Positions 41,762 to 44,977 of a stretch of 44,977 nt of DNA are shown here, piece after piece. The notes below the pieces were generated by a model. That model was not told the origin of the DNA, searched no databases, and was given only the letters and a program-made list of their open reading frames with translations. Position 1 is the first letter of the stretch. The number at the start of each line of letters is the position of its first letter. The position numbers and the translations under genes were made by a program. The stretch lies in IMG/VR virus record IMGVR_UViG_3300020047_005892, one strand, 5' to 3'. Source of the stretch: a virus.

Positions 41762-42036
41762 TGGATACACTGGTCCAACTTGTAGATCAGCTTATAGGAA
41801 GCACTGAGAACCTGGCCAAACTTGGTGCTATAGGGGCCTGGGTCTTCTTTACGCTCGTTTTATTGATAGAACGGGCTTGGACCCAAAGAGCGCAGAAACA
41901 AGCCTCTGAGAGCGCGTGGGAGGCCCGTATCGAAGAAGCAAAAGCGGATGACGCAATGGCAAACGCTGTTGAGAAGCTGGCCGACCAGATCCGAGAACTT
42001 CGCTATAAGATTAAATGTGGAGGGACCGATGTTTAA
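41761..42036 (+). CDS. Membrane protein; holin or spanin candidate
   Basis: 91 aa with one TM segment (LGAIGAWVFFTLVLLI) followed by a charged helix. Confidence 0.45.
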   Translation: MDTLVQLVDQLIGSTENLAKLGAIGAWVFFTLVLLIERAWTQRAQKQASESAWEARIEEAKADDAMANAVEKLADQIRELRYKIKCGGTDV

Positions 42037-42223
42037 CGTCAAAGAATGGTTCGAGCGAAAGCAGAACATTGTCAGGAAAACGGCAGGGTTGGAAGAAAAG
42101 AGCGAAGCGACACAAAGAAAGATGCAAGTTGCCATGAGGATACTGGATCGTCGAGAGGTAGAAGTTCCTGTCCAAGTAGAACGCCGCCGAGAGCTTTATG
42201 ACTATCATCAGAAACTTGCTTGA
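42029..42223 (+). CDS. Hypothetical basic protein
   Basis: Internal ATG of ORF 41948..42223. It overlaps the upstream stop by 8 nt. Confidence 0.45.
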   Translation: MFNVKEWFERKQNIVRKTAGLEEKSEATQRKMQVAMRILDRREVEVPVQVERRRELYDYHQKLA

Positions 42224-42291
42224 ACTGGCGAAAGAGAAGCTAAGAACAAAAACATTTTACATACGTCTCAAGTTTCGGTTCGGAGGAACAG

Positions 42292-42498
42292 ATGAACATA
42301 TTCAAGAAGATAGCGGAAAAGATCAAGAACTTCGGGGTGGGAGCTGCGATAAATTCCCTAGACAACTTCGAAGCCCCTCTCGCCGACCTCATCGAAGAAA
42401 AGAAAAAAGAATTCAACTCGATGTCGAGTAAAGAGCAAGCGACCTGGATAATTGACAAGATCCAAACGGCCTTAAAGATTTACGCCAATATTAAATAA
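42292..42498 (+). CDS. Hypothetical protein
   Basis: 68-aa ORF with RBS GGAGGA. Confidence 0.55.
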   Translation: MNIFKKIAEKIKNFGVGAAINSLDNFEAPLADLIEEKKKEFNSMSSKEQATWIIDKIQTALKIYANIK

Positions 42499-42683
42499 TG
42501 GCCGATGAGAAGTACTCGGGAAAGTGGGAACATCTTAGCGAGAACACCTACCGAATGAAGACACCTGAGGGGTGGATCGTCAAAGACATCTACACCCTTA
42601 TCTGCGCTGGGAACAACGGCTCTGTTGACGTTGCTTCCTGGCGAGTCTTAGACCCCGAACACACCTGGATCATCACGCGTTGA
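42498..42683 (+). CDS. Hypothetical protein
   Basis: 61-aa ORF with a TAATG overlap. Confidence 0.5.
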   Translation: MADEKYSGKWEHLSENTYRMKTPEGWIVKDIYTLICAGNNGSVDVASWRVLDPEHTWIITR

Positions 42684-42781
42684 AGTGTATTCGCTGTGGA
42701 CAAAAAGAAGTGATTGCTGGGACGGACATGTGCACAGATTGCACTAATTGGACAGAAGAGCAGGTTTGGTCAGCTCACTAG
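42680..42781 (+). CDS. Small zinc-ribbon peptide (33 aa, TTG start)
   Basis: TTGA overlap start. The sequence is LKCIRCGQKEVIAGTDMCTDCTNW... Confidence 0.35.
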   Translation: MKCIRCGQKEVIAGTDMCTDCTNWTEEQVWSAH

Positions 42782-42982
42782 TTTTGGGATAATAATCCCG
42801 CTGTCTTTCACTTCTTTTGATTTTTTGCGCAAAGCGTTCATTGCCGCAATCGCGTAGCCGTGAGCGCTGGTAAGGCCCTGCCCGGAAACTTCCATCTTCA
42901 TCATCGTCTCGAAGTTTGGGTCTGAAACAATTCGGACTGTTCCTCTTCCCGTATCCTCAAATGTCATCGTAACTTTTGCCAT
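42770..42982 (-). CDS. Hypothetical protein; last gene of the recombination block
   Basis: 70-aa ORF with RBS AAGGAG. Its 3' end overlaps the convergent + strand ORF by 12 nt. Confidence 0.6.
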   Translation of the reverse strand: MAKVTMTFEDTGRGTVRIVSDPNFETMMKMEVSGQGLTSAHGYAIAAMNALRKKSKEVKDSGIIIPKLVS

Positions 42983-43087
42983 TGCTATCTCCTTGTTAAA
43001 TAAACGTAGCCGTGGAGTAAACCCGTTGAAAACCAGACGGCGCGGTCAAAGACAGCTGGAGGGCTGATCGAGTTTCCGCTTGTACGT

Positions 43088-43140
43088 TTAAAATCAAAAG
43101 AGGGCCGCTGGGGTGGGAGATAGCCACAGGGGGCCAGCGC
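43088..43140 (-). terminator. Candidate intrinsic terminator downstream of recT
   Basis: On the minus strand, CGCTGG...CCAGCG (43106-43111 / 43134-43139) forms a stem with an inner GTGG/CCAC pairing. It is followed by CTCTTTTGATTTT. Confidence 0.45.
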
Positions 43141-43170
43141 TTACGTTCCTGACTAGAAACCCTCTAAGTC

Positions 43171-44013
43171 TCAGATGGGAAGATCGTCGACGTTCGGATC
43201 CTCGTTCGGTTCAACTATCTCTGCCGCTTCTACAACTGGCGTCTTCTCCGTCTGTGCTGCAACGATCTTACTAAGGCGTGACGATTTTGTCTCCGGTTGT
43301 TTTTCTTCTTGCGGCGCTTGCTCCGGCTGCTTATCGAGATCGTACATTTCGTCGTCGCGTTGGATTACTTGTTCCAGGTCTGTTGACATAGGAAGCCGTT
43401 TCGATAAACGTCGGATCGCAGACTTCTTCCACATCTCGTCGGAGAATGCGCCAGACCACGGGCCGTTCTTCTGGCGGCTCACGTTTTTAATTGCTGCGAC
43501 CTGCTCAGACGTAAGCACTTCGATATACACTGCATCGTCTTTTGTTTTCGCCAGCGCATAGACTCCGATCTTGTCGCCACGGTCGAGAAACATTAACGGC
43601 TCGTGCTCGATGTGTTCCCCGTCGCCATCAATCCAATACTTGAACTTGTCGTTCTTGTGAACGATCTGGGCGGTGATCGAAGCAAGTTCGCCGCTGTTGC
43701 GAACCTTCTTCAAGATCCCGGCAATCATCGGCATGTACGCTACGCTGTCGCCGAATATGACCATCGCGGCTTCCTTGTTGTCCGGAACGAGTCCATCGGC
43801 TGCGGCTTGCATACACGCCTTGTAGAAGCTCGACTTGTGTTCGACCAGCTTCGGGTTGTTGCTCGCTGCCGTAACTGCCACGCGGATAAACTTGTCCACG
43901 TTGATATGTGGCGGGAGCGCTTTCTTGATCTGCTCGCGCATCTCCGGGCTCTCCATCGTTACGCGAAGTTCTTGGATCGGTGTGACTTTTTTTACTTCCA
44001 TTGCTGTGCTCAT
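43171..44013 (-). CDS. recT: RecT-family single-strand annealing protein with a long acidic/Pro-rich tail ending DDLPI
   Basis: 280 aa. ALPPHINVDKFIRVAVTAASNNPKL...ACMQAAADGLVPDNKEAAMVIFG...GILKKVRNSGE matches the RecT core. It is paired with the YqaJ exonuclease upstream. Confidence 0.85.
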   Translation of the reverse strand: MSTAMEVKKVTPIQELRVTMESPEMREQIKKALPPHINVDKFIRVAVTAASNNPKLVEHKSSFYKACMQAAADGLVPDNKEAAMVIFGDSVAYMPMIAGILKKVRNSGELASITAQIVHKNDKFKYWIDGDGEHIEHEPLMFLDRGDKIGVYALAKTKDDAVYIEVLTSEQVAAIKNVSRQKNGPWSGAFSDEMWKKSAIRRLSKRLPMSTDLEQVIQRDDEMYDLDKQPEQAPQEEKQPETKSSRLSKIVAAQTEKTPVVEAAEIVEPNEDPNVDDLPI

Positions 44014-44014
44014 A

Positions 44015-44185
44015 TTATTCTCCTGTTTTGTCTTTGATTTCGATTAGTTCTACGTCACATGGTTGCGAATGATCTGGTGGCCCTTCTTTGTAATGCCGCA
44101 CGATCTTCCTCTCCATGATAAGTAAATTGTAAACTGACTTTGCTACTTTTTCGTGACCGTGGCCTTCGATGGTTATGCGGATCAT
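44015..44185 (-). CDS. Hypothetical protein (56 aa) between the exonuclease gene and recT
   Basis: Hand translation gives MIRITIEGHGHEKVAKSVYNLLIMERKIVRHYKEGPPDHSQPCDVELIEIKDKTGE. An ATGA overlap links it to the exonuclease stop, and its stop lies 1 nt before the recT ATG. Confidence 0.5.
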   Translation of the reverse strand: MIRITIEGHGHEKVAKSVYNLLIMERKIVRHYKEGPPDHSQPCDVELIEIKDKTGE

Positions 44186-44977
44186 GCTGTTCCCTTCCCT
44201 TTCTTAAATGTTACCCGGAATGCGCGATACGGCTTCCGGTCATACTCAACGTGCGCTGGGCCAATCATCCCGGCGCTGATGCTCCAGCCGTCGCCTTTCA
44301 CTTTTTCTGCGTCGCCAATCAACGTCAACATTTCGGCCTTCGCGGCTTCCTTCATTTCTCCTGCACGTTTCTCTTCTTGGCTCGCAAGTCGATAAGCTGA
44401 CATGAGTTCTTCGATGCGTCCTCCGCCTGTTGATTCAATAACTTTGCCAACCTCCGCAAAGCCATAAAGCGAGGATATGAAATTGGCGTCACGCTTAAAG
44501 TCCGGAGCAGGTGGTTTGCCGCTCTCCACTGAGGCCCAAAACGCTTTCGCCTTTTCTTTGATTGCTTGGTGGATTGCTGCATCTGGTTCTCTCCTTAATA
44601 GGACAACTTTGTTTCCGCCGATAAGGGCGCCGAGGTATGCGAACTTGCGGCCGCTGACTAATAGCTGGTGCTGAATTTGTAGCTCAATATGAGCGGGGGC
44701 TTCCACGTTGTCTTCGTCGATGATCCACTTATCTCTCAGCTGGAGCGCGTCGACGTTTTTTATTTCAAGTAGGCCGAGAGATTGGAAGTATTCGTCTCCG
44801 GCGGGGATTTCCAGTGTCATCCCTGGGGCCAAGTTTTCTATTTCAATCTTGTGCTTGCGATAAACTTCTGGAATTTGTTCCGCAACAACAATCTCGAAAT
44901 CGAAACTCGCGCCAAGTCTTTCTTCGGGAAGCCGAATGTACTCCGTCATCTTCCGAACTTTCCATTCATTATCTTCC
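44182..44977 (-). CDS. YqaJ-like recombination exonuclease, C-terminal part (same gene as 1..348)
   Basis: ASFDFEIV...LGLLEIKNV gives the PD-(D/E)XK D...E-x-K motif. The frame is continuous with 348..122 across the repeat junction. Confidence 0.85.
   Translation of the reverse strand, partial: EDNEWKVRKMTEYIRLPEERLGASFDFEIVVAEQIPEVYRKHKIEIENLAPGMTLEIPAGDEYFQSLGLLEIKNVDALQLRDKWIIDEDNVEAPAHIELQIQHQLLVSGRKFAYLGALIGGNKVVLLRREPDAAIHQAIKEKAKAFWASVESGKPPAPDFKRDANFISSLYGFAEVGKVIESTGGGRIEELMSAYRLASQEEKRAGEMKEAAKAEMLTLIGDAEKVKGDGWSISAGMIGPAHVEYDRKPYRAFRVTFKKGKGTA
44857..44977. repeat. Terminal direct repeat, copy B (identical to 1-121)
   Basis: Same comparison as copy A. The unique genome length is therefore 44,856 bp. 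Confidence 0.95.

Noticed and set aside
1-44977. Global stop-codon reassignment (TGA as Trp or Gly).
   Set aside because: TGA terminates many well-supported genes here, including within ATGA coupling overlaps. Long genes such as the 1491-aa, 843-aa and 739-aa ORFs are intact under the standard code.

Overview
The window is a complete dsDNA phage genome. Bases 1-121 are identical to 44857-44977, so the unique length is 44,856 bp, either circularly closed or terminally redundant. A YqaJ-type exonuclease gene reads in frame across that junction.

The gene order is podovirus-like: small and large terminase, T7-type portal, scaffold, HK97-like capsid, Bbp16-like cement protein, tail tubular A and B, three internal virion proteins including one of 1491 aa, tail fibre, then lysis genes.

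There are four transcription blocks:
- (A) + strand, 871-11509: a Cro-like HTH, small accessory genes, two hexapeptide-repeat paralogs, a MazG-like gene, an SF2 helicase, a VRR-NUC nuclease and a primase/VirE helicase.
- (B) - strand, 15410-11506: about 20 tiny genes chained by ATGA/GTGA overlaps. They include zinc ribbons, membrane peptides and a lipoprotein.
- (C) + strand, 15600-42781: packaging, virion and lysis genes.
- (D) - strand, 848 through the junction to 42770: an AP2-like DNA-binding gene, the YqaJ exonuclease, a small ORF, RecT and another small ORF.

I found no integrase, CI-type repressor, reverse transcriptase, CRISPR array or canonical cloverleaf tRNA.

The most unusual features:
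1. A 0.7-kb ORF-free locus (about 3497-4200) built from three non-canonical tRNA-like acceptor/T-arm modules and other hairpins.
2. Six proteins with Sec-type signal peptides embedded in the virion module.
3. Two paralogous genes made of near-perfect 18-bp tandem repeats. One is broken by a single in-frame TGA at a Trp position, yet its downstream frame is still coupled to the next gene.
4. An AP2-like gene sitting between a 19-codon helicase N-terminal remnant and the intact helicase.
5. RecT with an SSB-like acidic C-terminal tip, in a genome where I recognised no SSB gene.

All functional calls come from motif recognition by eye. No database search was run.
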